64,000 bases of DNA, taken from NCBI GenBank assembly GCA_051294375.1, contig JBJCIZ010000028.1, positions 744,437 through 808,436 on the forward strand, in the 5' to 3' direction. This DNA comes from Paraspadella gotoi (taxonomy: Eukaryota > Animalia > Chaetognatha). The position numbers were made by a program, and so were the translations under genes. Positions within the stretch are counted from its first letter, which is position 1. Each line of letters starts with the position of its first letter. Positions 12,001 through 28,200 of this stretch are shown piece by piece. The notes beneath the pieces are model-generated. The model did not search any database and had not been told where the DNA came from. It was given only the letters and a program-made list of their open reading frames with translations.

Positions 12001-15000
12001 TTTTGTTTTTGTTTTGTTTTTGTTGTTGTTTTTTTTTTTTTGCCGCGATCTTGCGGTCGTCCCGGAGTCGGGAAGAGAATGTTTGATGTTCACGATTCTC
12101 TCTCTTTTTATCATCCAGGCGATCGCGGAACAGTTTTTCGGGACTTTTCTCTGTCACCACTCTTGGTCGGATTGGTGGCTTCCGAAGGGAATTTCTCGGT
12201 AAGTTTAAAAAAGGTTCGGAATCGGGTAAGTTTAATATTTGAAATAAATATACTAAATTTGTCTTTAAAGGAGAAATTAGATCCAATCATCTTCTGGATT
12301 GATAAATAAACTTACATCGCTTACTTATCCTTTCCCCCGTGCTAATCGAATTACATCCCTCTCACCTTCCCCGGATGTCCCTTTCAGCTACCTCGGCGGC
12401 CTTTTCGCCGCCCTCAGCTTCGGCAACAACGAGTATCGCTACTCGAATTACGAGGACCTCAACGCCGTCTGCGATTTTGAGAAGAATCACGGGGGAATCA
12501 TCCTCGATCACTCGCACCTCGACGAGCAGGACTGCCGGGTGTGTGTGTGTGTTTGTGTATGGGACTCTAGATAAATCCTATTTAATAATCTGTAATTTAT
12601 AACTTATTCTCTGATCTAATTTGCATAAAGCCGCAATTCAAAAGACGTAAAATAATTATTTATTTTTCTTCAAAATTAACAATTGTATTTTGGTTTATCC
12701 TGATGTCGTAAACTAAAACATTTAAATATTTTTTCCTTATAACTGTCAATTTCAAGCAGCGCCCTCTGAGAGAGTCTCCGTCTTTCTTTGCTCAGGATCT
12801 CTCGGGTTTGCCCTTTCCCCTCAAGCATCCTCACTTGGTCTCGTGGCAATATTTCAAGGTGGCGCGTATCAAAGCTAGTCTCATCATTCGTATGATCGAG
12901 CAGGTGTTAATTTATACTTTTATTCTATTATTGTTACGTAATAAATACAATTTTATAATCTTAACCGCAGAGCATCGGTCGCGAGCTCCTCCTCCAAGTC
13001 TTCAACAAACTCCTCTCTCTGGCGACAGCGGCGGCGGCGTCAGCGTGCGCCGCGCCGGCAGCCGCCCCGCCGCAGCGCCTCCAGTCCGACTCGTGGTTCA
13101 ATCTTCTTCTCTCGACGGATCAGTTCCTCAAGTCGATCTCCACCGTTTCGGGGAAGGACATTAAATCAATCATCGCCAACTGGGTCTGCTCCGCCGGCTG
13201 CACCAGGTGCTGAACTTCAGTCTATTCTCTTCTGTTTTACAGTCTGTAGGAGTCGTTTATTGCGTTTATATACTTCTGTATTGATTGTTGACTCTCTCTC
13301 TCTCTCTCAGGTTTCACTGTTCCTTCAACTTTATACGGAAGCGAAACATCTTGGAGGTCGAGTTGAAACAGTTGGACAACAACGCCAAGGTTGGACAATG
13401 GACATCGACTATCGATATTTCAATTAACCCATCTACGCGAACGTTAAAACAAATACCCCCAACCAACCTTCTCAGGGTCATCGAAAATACGTGGGTCCTT
13501 TGACCTTAACGGTACAGGAGCTGGACGGCTCCTTTTCCCACACGCTCCAGGTAGAGGAGCATTCGACAAAGCACGAGATCCAGTGCCACTCGAAGGCGAG
13601 GAAGAGCAAGAAGAAGAAGATCCCGCTCATCACGGGTAAGAGAGAGAGAGAGAGAGAGATAGAGAGAGAGAGTGAGTGAGTGAGAGTACGGTTGGAGTAA
13701 TATATAGGAGTGATTTAATCGCCCCACTAAAAAAAAACCATCCCGCTCCTCTCAAGGCGAAGAGATCGATATCGATTTAGTTCCGCTGGAGCAGAGCGAT
13801 TCTCCGATCCTTTGGATTCGATTGGATTCGGCGATGACGATTTTAAGGGAGGTCGTCGTCGATCAGGTGAGAGAGGAGGGGGGGTTAAGTATTTATTTAA
13901 ATGTTATATTTAGGTTTATTTATGGTTTATTTATGTAGCGGAAATAACTCGAGATGAGATTAGATAAGATATCCGCCTATTTTAAGTGTTAAAGCTCGTT
14001 TATTTTTTAGCTAATAACATTTTTTTCCCCTCCCTTTTTTTTTTCTCAATCCCAGCCCGACTTCCAATGGCAGTACATGCTCCGCTACGAACGCGACGTG
14101 GTTGCGCAGACGGAAGCGATACGCGCGCTGCGTCGCTTCCCTGCTCCGCAGACGCGGTTCGCGCTGACGGACACGATAGAGAAGGAGGACGTATTTTATC
14201 GCGTCAGGATGGAGGCCTGTCGATGCCTGGCGCTGGTGAGGAAACAAGAATTGGTTTCTCTTTAAAAAGGGTGAGTGTCGCCACAACTTGGAGGCTCCCT
14301 CCACCTTTAAATCAGGTCGCCAACGACATGGTCTCCACCTGGCAAGGTCCTCCGGCGATGCTGCAAATTTTCCGCAAGATGTTCGGTTCTCACTCTTGTC
14401 CGCACATCGTGCGCCAGAATAACTTTCTCAACTTTCAACATTACTTTCTGCAGGTTAATGATTTATAGCTATTTGATAAATTAATTCCATCGCTTTTAAT
14501 CATTACAGCGAATTGCATTTATCTCCTATCAATTCAGTGCGTGATGCCGAAAGCCATGAGCGGATTGAGAAACATCCACAACATCTGCCCTCCAGAGGTT
14601 CTCCAGTTTCTCTTAGATCTGTTCAAGTTTAACGACAACTCAAAGGTAAATATCGAGGGTAAGGTTTCTCAGCTGTTTGAGAACTTACCAATTTCCCCCC
14701 CCCCTCGCCGCAGAATCCTTACTCGGACAACTACTACCGCGCCTGCCTCGTGGAAGCTCTGGCCAACACCGTCACCCCCGCCGTCACGATGCACAACGTC
14801 GGCGCTCTCGCCTGCGTCGAGAATCTCACGCCCGAGGTGAGGTTAAGCCCCTTTGGCCCCTGCTCGTTTCTCAGATTTCTTAGAAATGCCTCGCTTCCAG
14901 GTAAAAGCGATCGTGGAGGAGATCACTCGTTACTTGAACCTGGAGAAGCTCCTCCCCAGCTTCGGGTTCAACGTGACTCGCGCCTGTCTCCGCGCCATTC

Positions 15001-17994
15001 GTCGCCTGCAAAAGTTCGGCCACGTCCCTTCCTCCTCCGCGCTTTTCAAGACTTACGCCTGCTACGGAAATTTCACGGGTGAGTTTTTGATGATGAGATT
15101 CTTCACGAGATGGAAGATATATATCTAGAACTCGTCTTGAGTAAATTGACAATTTTTGAATGAAAGCAAATTTTATTATTTCGAAACTTTTTCTTTCTTT
15201 CATTTCTCAAATCGGTTTCTAATCTCCTTCTTTCTCTTCTAAAACTTATATTCCCTTTTTTTTCCTGTCACCTTTCTATTTTTCCATTTTTTTTTCTTTC
15301 CCATTTTTCCCCTTCTTCCCTTTTCCCCCTTTTCCCCTTCTTCCCTTTTCCCCTTTCCCCTTTTCCCCTTTTCCCCTTTTCCCCTTTTTTCCCCTTTTTC
15401 CCCTTTTTTCCCTTTTCCCCTTTTCCCCTTTTTCCCTTTTCCCCTTTTTTCCCTTTTTTCCCTTTTCCCCTTTTCTCCTTTTTCCCATTTTTTTTTTCTA
15501 ACCCTTTTCTCCATTTCCTCATTTTCCCTTCTTCCCCATTTCCCCATTTTTCCTTCTTCCCCATTTTTCCCTTCTTCCCCATTTTTCCCTTCTTCCCTTT
15601 TCTTTCCTTATTCTTCTCTTTTCTTTCCTTTCTTTTCTCCCCCAGAGGTTCGCTCGGCCGCCATCGAGATTCTCTGCGACTACGCGGCGGAAGACGAAAC
15701 CGGCGGCGACCTCAACTCTCTGCTGGAGATGGCGGAGACAGACCCTGAGCCTTATATCAGACACAAGGTTGTTATATCATTTAATAATATAGAATTATAG
15801 ATATTATACGATGTATAACTTACAATTAATTGTCAATTATCGTCGTTCCCCGTTAAAAAAAAGGTCCTCTCCCACTTGACACGAAACCCTCCCTTCTCTA
15901 AACGCCCCTCGACATCGACGGATCCCCTCTCCTCTTCCTCCTCCCTCCCCTCCTCCTCATCATTCTCCATCCTCAACACGGAATCCCTCGTCCACCGCCT
16001 CTGGCGTCTTCTCAACACCTCCACCGCCCACGATCCTCGGGTCCGCTCCGACGTCGCCGGCCTCTACGGCGCCCTCTACGGCCGACTCCGGCCCACGGTG
16101 CTGCCGCGCCTCGATCTCCTTCCCGCCGCGGGGCAGCCCGACTTTCCCTCCGCCGCCGCCGCCCTCGACGTCGCCGTCTCCGACGACGCCCCAGCCGCCG
16201 CCGACGCAGCGCTCGCCTCCGTCCGCCACAAGGCCGGCGCCGGACTGGAGCAAATCCCTACCTTCCTCCCCGTCGACTTTCTGCAGCAAGAGTCGCCCGA
16301 GGGTCGAGCGGACGACGTTCGTCAGAGATCCGGCGGAGGATTGTTGGCCATCGGATCTCATCCACTCGACGATCGAGAAATGGAGGATCCGACGGAAGAA
16401 GAAAACGGCGACGCCGCCGCAGCCGCCGCGGCCGTCGACTCGGAGCGGCTGATGATGCGGCAGGACGTCTCGGCGGCGACGCTGCTGTCGCCGGGGAAGG
16501 GACAGCAGGGGATTCCACTTCACATACCCGTCGTCGAAGGAGAGACGCCGATGGGTAAGTTAAAGAAAAAGGAAGGGCGAGTTGAGTGTAGAGATATCTG
16601 TCTCGTTTTTGCATCTTTGCAGACTCTCTCTCATCGGGACTCGGTAGCGGCGGGGGCGGCGGCGCTGCCTCTTCTTCCAGCGGCAGCGTCGTCCCGCAGT
16701 CGCCCTTCGTCGAGGCGTCAGACAATTCCAACTCTTTTCAGGCTCCGTCAGTCGCGGGTGAGTACGTTGTTGTCGTTGTTGTTGAGCCAGAAGATTCAAG
16801 ATTGAAGACGGTTTTAAAGGATTGTATCATCTTCCCTGATGCGTTGTCTTTAAAAAAAAGTTTGTTTACGTGTCGTGTCGAACGCATTTAATTTCTTGTC
16901 GATCGTCAGAGATCGAGTCTGTCCCTTCTATCGATCAAAACTCGAAAGATTCGAACTTAAAAACGACCCGCACTCGTTTCTTTTATCCTTCCTCTTCCTC
17001 CCCTGATCCCCTCTCTCCCTTCGACCTTCTTCCCCTGATCCCTTCTCTCCCCCCGGCCTTCTCCCCCCTGGATCCCCTCTCTTCCCCCCGGCCTTCTCCC
17101 CCTGGATCCCCCCTCTCTCCCTCGTTCTAATTTTTGTTTTCTGTTCGTTCGTCATTCTTTGTTTATTCTCTGTTAATTTGATTAATCCCTTTGTATTCAA
17201 TATTCTTTCCCCCCCCCCAGGTTTCTTTTTTTTCGCGTCCTCATTCGTCTCGTTATTTTTAATTTCCCTTATTCTTCTCTCGATTATTATTTCTTCTTTT
17301 TTTTTCTTTTAAAGTGCAAAATAGTTCAACTCTTGTATTCGCGTTTAATCACCATCCACGGTACTCTCTTTCGACCCAAATTCGTCTAAGATCAATCCAC
17401 GTTTATAGCCCTTTAATTTCCATTCATCTCCCCTCAAATCCCCATTCATCTCCCCTCAAATCCCCGCTCATCTCCCCTCAAATCCCCACTCATCTCCCCT
17501 CCAGTTCCCATTCATCTCCCCTCAAATCCCCACTCATCTCTCAAATCCCCATTCATCTTCTTTCAGCCCCCATTAATCTCCGATCAAATCCTCAAACGTG
17601 TCCCTTCGATCCCCTCACTCCAACTCGGCTCGATTCATCACTTTAAAAAAACCCATAAATCCCTCCCCCCACTTTCTCTCCCCCCCCACCACATTCGCGC
17701 AGGTTCCCTCACCGGCCCGTCGCCTTCGACTCCTCCATGTTCCCCACCGCCTCCTCCTCCGCCGCCGCCGCCGACCCCCACCCTTCCAAAGACCCCCTCC
17801 GCCACGTCAAGCACAAGAAGAAGAAGAGCAAGACCAAGCACAAGCATAAACACAAGCACAAGCACCGCCACGCCGGCGACCGACACGAGGACGTCGGCGG
17901 CGACGCGGACGCGACGAGGCCATCGACGGGTCGCGTCCCGACGCCGGAAGACGGACCCAATCTCAGCGAGCACGAGAGTTCCGGGGACGATTGA
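9094..17994 (+). CDS. TAF2: TFIID subunit 2 (>20 exons)
   Basis: [78 protein letters not shown] and the C-terminal [14 protein letters not shown] tract. Exon structure between 16.5 and 17.7 kb is less certain. Confidence 0.95.
9580..10554. mobile_element. Foldback/MITE DNA transposon, hAT-like (TAG..CTA ends, 8-bp TSD)
   Basis: tagagcgttcaaa... / ...tttgaacgctcta with long imperfect inverted arms; TSD ctaatcat at 9572-9579 and 10555-10562; in TAF2 intron 2. Confidence 0.92.
15255..15645. repeat. Low-complexity (C3-4 T4-6)n tract at TAF2 intron 3' end
   Basis: Seen directly; source of spurious K/G-rich minus-strand ORFs. Confidence 0.95.
17415..17570. repeat. 22-bp C-rich minisatellite (atctcccctcaaatccccactc)
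   Basis: About 6 copies upstream of the last TAF2 exon. Confidence 0.85.
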
Positions 17995-19539
17995 TTTTCT
18001 AGTGGGGGGGGGCGAGTGTGCTCAGGAGGCGTCGGACTGGGGTGTTGGCGAGGATGTTGGGAGGAGAGACCTTCGACTTCAAATGGAGGGGGTGACCCAT
18101 GAGATTTAAAAACTTGGGTCCTTCGCTTGGGATTTAGATTTAATCCTTTCGCCTTGGATTTAGATTTTAAACCTCCGTCATGGATTTAAATATAAATTAA
18201 GCATTTTCGAGTCTTTATGACGAAATCAAAGTCGCTACTCGACCTCGTAAATTCCATTTCCTCGGCTTTCAATCTCCCTCCCTGCTGCCAAAACGCCTCT
18301 TTCTTTTGTTGTTTTTTTTTTTTTTTTTTTTCTCTTTCACCTACCTCCGTGCCCCTCCCGTCAGATGGGAGGAGGATCGACGTCGATGCTCGAAAATAAT
18401 CGGGGCCGCATTGTCTTTTCCCCTTCTCTACCCCTATTCGCTTTTTAGAGCCTTTCTTCGTAACGGGTTCGTCAGTCGTCACGGCGTTACGAAGACTTTC
18501 ATCGTTTCGGGCCGATGATTCAAAAGATTTTTATTCTTTTCGGCTTCTCAAGAGTTGTTTACGATTTCGAAAGCATCCGAGGCCGATGACCCTCTTGTTT
18601 ATTGTTTCATTTTTCAGAGATTTTTTTCGAGCGATATATACATTTCTTTTATTGATTCATATTATATATTTTTAATTTTTCAGGTCGAACGAAAAAAAAA
18701 AATAATATTGTTGATTGAATTTGATTCCTTGATTTTTTTTCTCTGTTGAAGCTTTTTAAGCTTACGACTTCTCACGACCAAAAAAAAAACAAAAAAACAA
18801 AGCAGTTCTTCCAATTTATTATTTTTTTCTTCTTTAGCCGAACACAAACGATTCACTCGTTTTACTACATCATTCCCAGCAGCCATTAGCCAAAATTTCT
18901 TTTTTCCCCTTTTAAAATTCCAAAATTAAAAAAAAAAAAGATTACGACCTCTTCTCCGTCACAAAAAAAAAAAAACCCCATTCATAAATATAAATTTTGT
19001 GAATTCAACTCTTTCAAAGTTTCAATCTGTTTCGTCTCTCTCTCTCTGTCTCTCTTCGATTTCGTCGACATCGTCGTCCTCGTTGTACTCCACATCTGGA
19101 AACGGTCTTCATTTTTTCTTCTTCGTCCTCATCATCGTCGTCTTCCTTTTTTTTTTCCCCTTCGATCCAGTCGAGGTTTAGATTTTCCTTTCGCTTTTTC
19201 GAGACTCGAATCTTGAAAATTAAAAAAAAAAATAAGAGAAACAAATATTTCCGCTCAGATATATTTTTTTTCCCCCGCTACCAAAGAGAAACTCGAGATC
19301 GCAGCGGCGACGAAATACACTCGATACCCATCCTACTATTATTATTATTTTTCAGCCGCGATTGTGAAACTGGTTCAGGAAAAAAAAACAATTTAAAATA
19401 AAAAAAAAGGGGGAAAAAAATTCCCGACGCCCTCGTAATCTTCTCGAAATCCCAAACGACCACGCCCACCGAGGGGGAAAAAAAAAACACATCAGGACCC
19501 CCGCCCCTGAATTCAAATAACAACAACAACGACGAAATC

Positions 19540-22471
<2,932 letters not shown>

Positions 22472-25274
22472 CGGACGGGGGGGAGATCAAATAAAAAATT
22501 TTAAAAAACGCCCGCGACGGAATTTCGGAAATCTCCCTTTTTTTTTCTTTTCTTTTCTTTCCGTTCGAAGGCTGAGGCGGATCGAGAGAGACGAGATGGA
22601 CTTCGCCCTTCCCCCCCTGCCCGACCTTCTTCTCCCCCGCTCCCCTCACAAAAAAAAAACAAAATTGGGACGATGGAATTTAAAAAAGAAACAAAAACAA
22701 AACAAGAGCGAGGCGGGAATTTTGGCCGGAGAACGGGGCCGGGGGGACTCGGACAATCTGGGAGAAGGGCGGGAGTGTTTTTCTTTTTCTTTTGGACTCG
22801 AGTTCGAGGTTTTCCTCCCTTTTTTTGTTTTTTTTTTTTTTGTTTTCGGACGTTCATTGCGATGTGGGGGGGGAAGGAATAATGAATTATTATCGAGTGA
22901 ACGAAATTTTTATGCATTTCTCGACTCACGGGATCGTCGTCGTCTTTTTGAAGACGAGCTTTGGTCCCGTATGTAATAACTTTCTGTCCTTTTTTTTTTG
23001 TCTTTCCATCCTCACGGAGTCGTTTTTTCCTTTTTTTTTTCGATCCCGTTGAAAAAAAAGAAAACAAAAAACCCTGCGTAGTTGACTACAATTCCCCCCC
23101 CGTTCCTATTATCCTTTTTTGTCTTGGGTGCCACGATCAAAAGAAATACAAAAAAAAGTTTTTAAACTTTATATATATTTGATCAAACTTTATCTTAGCG
23201 CAAATTATTTCGGTAGCTCGTTTCTTAGGTGCTAATGTTTTGTTATTACCTCTTAGATTCGAGTTCGTTCAGTTTAGGACTCAAATGACTTCGTTGTTCA
23301 TTTCAGCCGATATTTTGGAATTTTACTCTTGACACAAGTAAGACAAAATATTTTTTGAAGTATGCACTATATACGTAAATCTGTTTCAAATTATTTTTAT
23401 TTTTCTTATCTCGTGCACAGTGTTTTAAGGGGCCGAGTGTTGATAAAATGTCCTTGAATGTATGTCCAGCGAACTTTTTGCTCCATCAAGATTGTGCGTG
23501 TTTTAAAATTTTCCTTTTTTTTGTAAGAGAAAAAGCATAGTTTATTTCCCCTTCTATTGATAATTTTTTGAGGAACTGTTTTTTTTTTCTCATTCCTAAT
23601 CTTAGGTCAATTAATTAATTCGAATCCAATAGAAATAGGATTTTTAAAATTCTATTTTTTTCTTAATATTTTTTAGTCTTGATACTCTTTAGATCGATCA
23701 TTGGACTCATCTCGTCTTTTACCATGAGGATATACGTCCCCCGAGCGTTTTTTATATTCGCTGGGGGGTGGGGGCTGGTTGATGGTTAATAATGGTTAAT
23801 AATGATAATTGATTAATTCTGTGAATACGCGCAGTGCTTTAATATCCGTGATTAACAGAAAACAAAAAAAATAAACAATATTTTGTTGTCCAAAGTCGTC
23901 GTACTCACTCCCGACAAACCGCGGCTCGGTTGGTTATTCTTGTTGTTGTTGTTGTTGTCGTTCGTCGTGAAAGGGATCATCTTTGACTGCGATCGTCCGT
24001 TTCGCAATCGTCGTTGTTGTTGTTGTTGTTGTTGTTGTTTCGTCTTCCCTCGCTTTCTTTCCCCGTCGTTCATCTAATTCGTTCCGTCATTCAGTTTATT
24101 TTGTTTTGTTTATATTGTTTCGTTTTTTGTTTTGTTTTTTTTACCTCACGAAACAAAAAAAACAATTCCGTTTTCTGTTTTGTCAGATCATTCCGTCTCT
24201 CGACGTTTTTGAGTTGTTGACTCTTTAAATGTTTTTTTTTATTCTCATTGTTAATGATCTCTTCTAGTTCGAGGAAATAATATAAAAAACCGAGAGATAC
24301 TCACAATTAATTATCGTCGCGTTAATAATGAAATTTATAATAAAAAAAAAATCAAATTGTTTCCGTTAAAAAAAAAAAGACTTGTTTTCCTGATCCCTTA
24401 ACTCTTTCTCCCGTCTTAACAATCTTCCGTTAATCTCTCTCTCCCTCCTCCCTCCCCTTTTCTCCATCCATCCCTTTTCCCGATCTAACACCCCCCCCCA
24501 ATATTTCACTCACTCACAATCTCACAATCGGGCAAAGTGACAACGATTGATTCAAAATGCTCTTCGACGCTTATCGTTATTATTTTTCCTTTTTGCTTTT
24601 TTTTTTCTCTCTTTCCTATTGTGTTTGCTTTTTTTTTGTCTCATCGTCGCTTTATTGTTTTCGTGAATTAGAGTCGAATGTCACGAACGCGGTCGAACGG
24701 AGGAAACTTAGAACGTAATACGCTTCTTTTTTTTTTTTTTTTCAATGTACAATTCGTGCTTATTAAAATGTCTCTCTTTCCCCTCCGTCCGGCTCCGTTT
24801 TTAACAATACACATTTTAACAAAAAGTATGCTCCATCCAACTCCTTTTCTCCTCCTCATTTCACCCAAATATTAATAAGAATTAATCATTAAAAACAAAA
24901 ATAGACTTTCTGGAATTATGTCGATTAATGTTTTTTTTTTTTTTTTTTTTTTTTAAGCGCTGTGTTTCAATGGTTCCTTTTTTTCCTTTTTCGCTTTTTT
25001 TTCCTCCTTCGATTTTGAAGCCGTTGTTACAACGTTTTCATGGTTGAAAAGTTTACGAAATTATAAAATTATATCTATATATACATATGAACCTAAAATA
25101 AAAACAATCGAGTTTCGTCTCAGGTTAATAGAAAAAAAAATTTATAAAAACGCATGAAGGATGGGAACGTAAAAACTAAAAAAAAAAACTCGTATAAAAC
25201 CTTCCCAAAGAATAAGACATAAACAAAACAAAAAAAAGACTCTCTCTCCGGTCTTGCCTCTTAAATCAAAAGTG

Positions 25275-28200
25275 ATGACGCTCCCCGCCGCCGCCGCCGC
25301 CGCCTCTTCCGCTCCCGACGCCTCTTCCGCTCCCGACGCGGCGGCGTCCTCCGCTCCCGACGCCGCCCTCTTCGACTCACTCGTGGCGGCGACGAAGACG
25401 ATCCTCGACGCCGCCGACTCCTTCGTCCGCCGACGCGATGACTTTTACGATTCGGCGAAGATCGACGCCAAACGACTCTACGACTTCTTCTTGGATCGAA
25501 TCGGCGATGAGGTGCGGGGGGACTGCGGGATGCGTAAAAGGGGCTTTTTGGGTGAACGAGGCGTTTTTGACTCGTTTACGATTCGCCTCGAGTGGTAAAA
25601 ATGTAAACGAGCTGGTTTATTCTCTCATGGGTTGGGGGGGAGGAGGTTGAGAAGGAAATGGAGGCCACTGGGCGTGTCGGTTGATAATTGATTTAAGGAC
25701 GACTTAAAACGAAAAATGTGACGAATGGTGAACGGCTATTGCGACGTTAACGAAAAAACGTTCCTTTAGAATGTTACTATTGAGGCGAATTACCACCGCT
25801 CTTTCTCTCTAAACCCTTCCTCTCTCCTCTTTCTCTGAGCCGGTCTATCCACACGGTCACTTTGCCCTAGCTTTGGCAATGACCTTAGATTGACCGGTGG
25901 TAAGTCGCCTCACTATGTGGATATTAGTGACCACTGATCAATATTTCGTCCTCCTCCCTTCACTTCTCTATTCTACAAATTCTCTCTGTCTCTCTCTACC
26001 CCCCCCTCTCTCTCCCTCCCCCCTCCCTCCATACCTGATAAGCGGTAATTGTAGCTCACCTTGATACAGCATCGATCGGCCCCAATGATTGCCATTGGTT
26101 CAAAGACAGTTCTGATATAATATATAATGAATCATAATGAATCATATCCCCATCCGCCCCCCCCCTCAACAGGCGTCCTCCTTCGACGTCCTCCCTTCTC
26201 TCGAAATCGACGGACTCGACGACGAACAGATTTGGCAAGAGATCGAGTTGTTGAACGACGCGCGAAAGCTCGGCTCCGTCGCCGCCTTGATCCGGAGAGT
26301 CGACGAGGGATTCGGGCTTCGGATGGAGGACGAGGAAGTGGAGGAAGATGAAGAAGACGAAGAAGAACCAGAAGAAGAAGAACCACGACAACTTCCTCTT
26401 AAAAAAGGAATCCTCAAATCGGGCGAGACCCAAAAGGCGCCGGCGAAGGCGTCGACGAAGAAGTCGATCGTCGACGACGAATTCTTTCGGTTGGAGGAGA
26501 TGAAGAGATTCCTCGAGGCGGAGGACGCGATGGAGGAGAGAAGGAGGGACGGAGGAAAGAGGAAGACGAGGGAGGAGGAGGATGAAGAGGAGGAGGAGGA
26601 AGAGATTGATTTGTTCGGGGAAATCGGTGAGTCGAAGGGAAGCGAGTCGTGTGTATTGATTTGTATAGTCTATTTATAGCATTTAGGTATTCTAATACTC
26701 TTAGTATAGATTTTTACTTGATTACGGAAGAGATTTGCTCGCCCGTCAACGGCTACATTGTATTCCACTTGCTGTTCCATTCCTTAATCCGTTCGCTGCT
26801 CCGTTCTTTTCTCTATATATTAGCCGTTCGTCCAACTGTTCGTTACTATGTCACTGTGGCGGTATATTCACACCGCCTCACGTCCACCATCCTTCAGCCA
26901 AATCCATTGGCTCAGGGGGGGAACACACCATCTCAGGCGTAGTGTTCCATCCACAGTCCTAACGACTTCCCTCTGCGTTGGCAAAGCGAGACCGTCCGAG
27001 GGTAACCGCGCCAGTGACTGGAGGCGTCATTGAGGGTCGGAAGCCCCCAAAGCCAACAGTGAGATGCCTCATCCCAATGGGCATCACAGGCAACCCGGCG
27101 GTTGCCATATCACCTTGTTTATTGCGCTGTTCTCCGTTCCGCTCGCTGATCGTGTCAACTTGCTTTACATCACAAATTCGAATCTCTTATCCAACTCAGA
27201 TGACGAAGACGAAGAAGAAGAAGACGACGATGATGACAACGACGAAGACGTCGACGAAAAAGCTCCCGAATCCGCCCGTCACGTGATGTACACTGGATTC
27301 TTCGACGACCCCGTCGACCAAGGGTCCGGAATCCTCGAAAACAAAGCGAAGGGAAAACAAAAAGACAAAACTGAGGAGGAAACGAAGAAAAAAACTCGCG
27401 TCACCTTCGAGGATGCTGGGAAGGAAGAAGAGGAAGAAGAGGAAGAAGAGGAGGACGACGACGACGACGATGAGATGGACTACCAAGACGTGAGCGACGC
27501 GGAAGATGGAGAGAAGGAGGAAGAGACGAAGGAAGGAGCGAAGAAGTTCAAACTCTTCGTGGAGGAGGAAGAGGAAGAGGAGGACGGGAAGAGCAGCGCC
27601 AACGACAAGCGACTGCGCAAGATGGAGGAGAGGGTCAAGGCGCTGGAGGAGGAGAATTTGGGGGAGAAGGTGAGAGGAGGGAATAGATTTGAGGGGGGGG
27701 ATGGATTAGCTGATGAGTTGGGTTGGATTAATTGGGGAATAATTTAAGGGGATGAGTAACTGGATGATTGAGGGATCGTGCGAGAATAATTTAGGAATAG
27801 TTAACCGAATGATTAAGAGGATAATACGTAGAATGATTTAGGGGTTAATTTGGGGAATGATTCAGGGGTTCATGTAGTTAATCTTTGTCTCATTTAATAT
27901 ATATATAATATATATTAAATATATATTATATATGTATATATTCTTCATCACTCCAGGATTGGCAACTCCGTGGCGAGGTGTTGGGTGGGAAACGACCCGA
28001 AAATTCTCTGCTGGAGGAGCATCTCGATTTCGATCAGACTCCGCGGACCGGAGTCGTCGTGACCCAGTCTTTCTCTGAAGCCATCGAGAATCTCATCAAG
28101 CAAAGGTTTGGAGGTTGGGAGGGGGAAGGGAATGTGTTTCCAGATCAACTTCAATGCGGCTCAAGTTTGAGAATAAAAAAAAAACCGTTTAAACTCTTTC

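Noticed and set aside
15239-15582. K/G/E-rich minus-strand ORFs (also 5594-6331, 7017-7553, 35205-35912)
   Set aside because: Translations of intronic low-complexity tracts.
18450-18515. Minus-strand hammerhead (CTGACGA..GAA)
   Set aside because: No stem II and no correctly placed GAAA/NUH.
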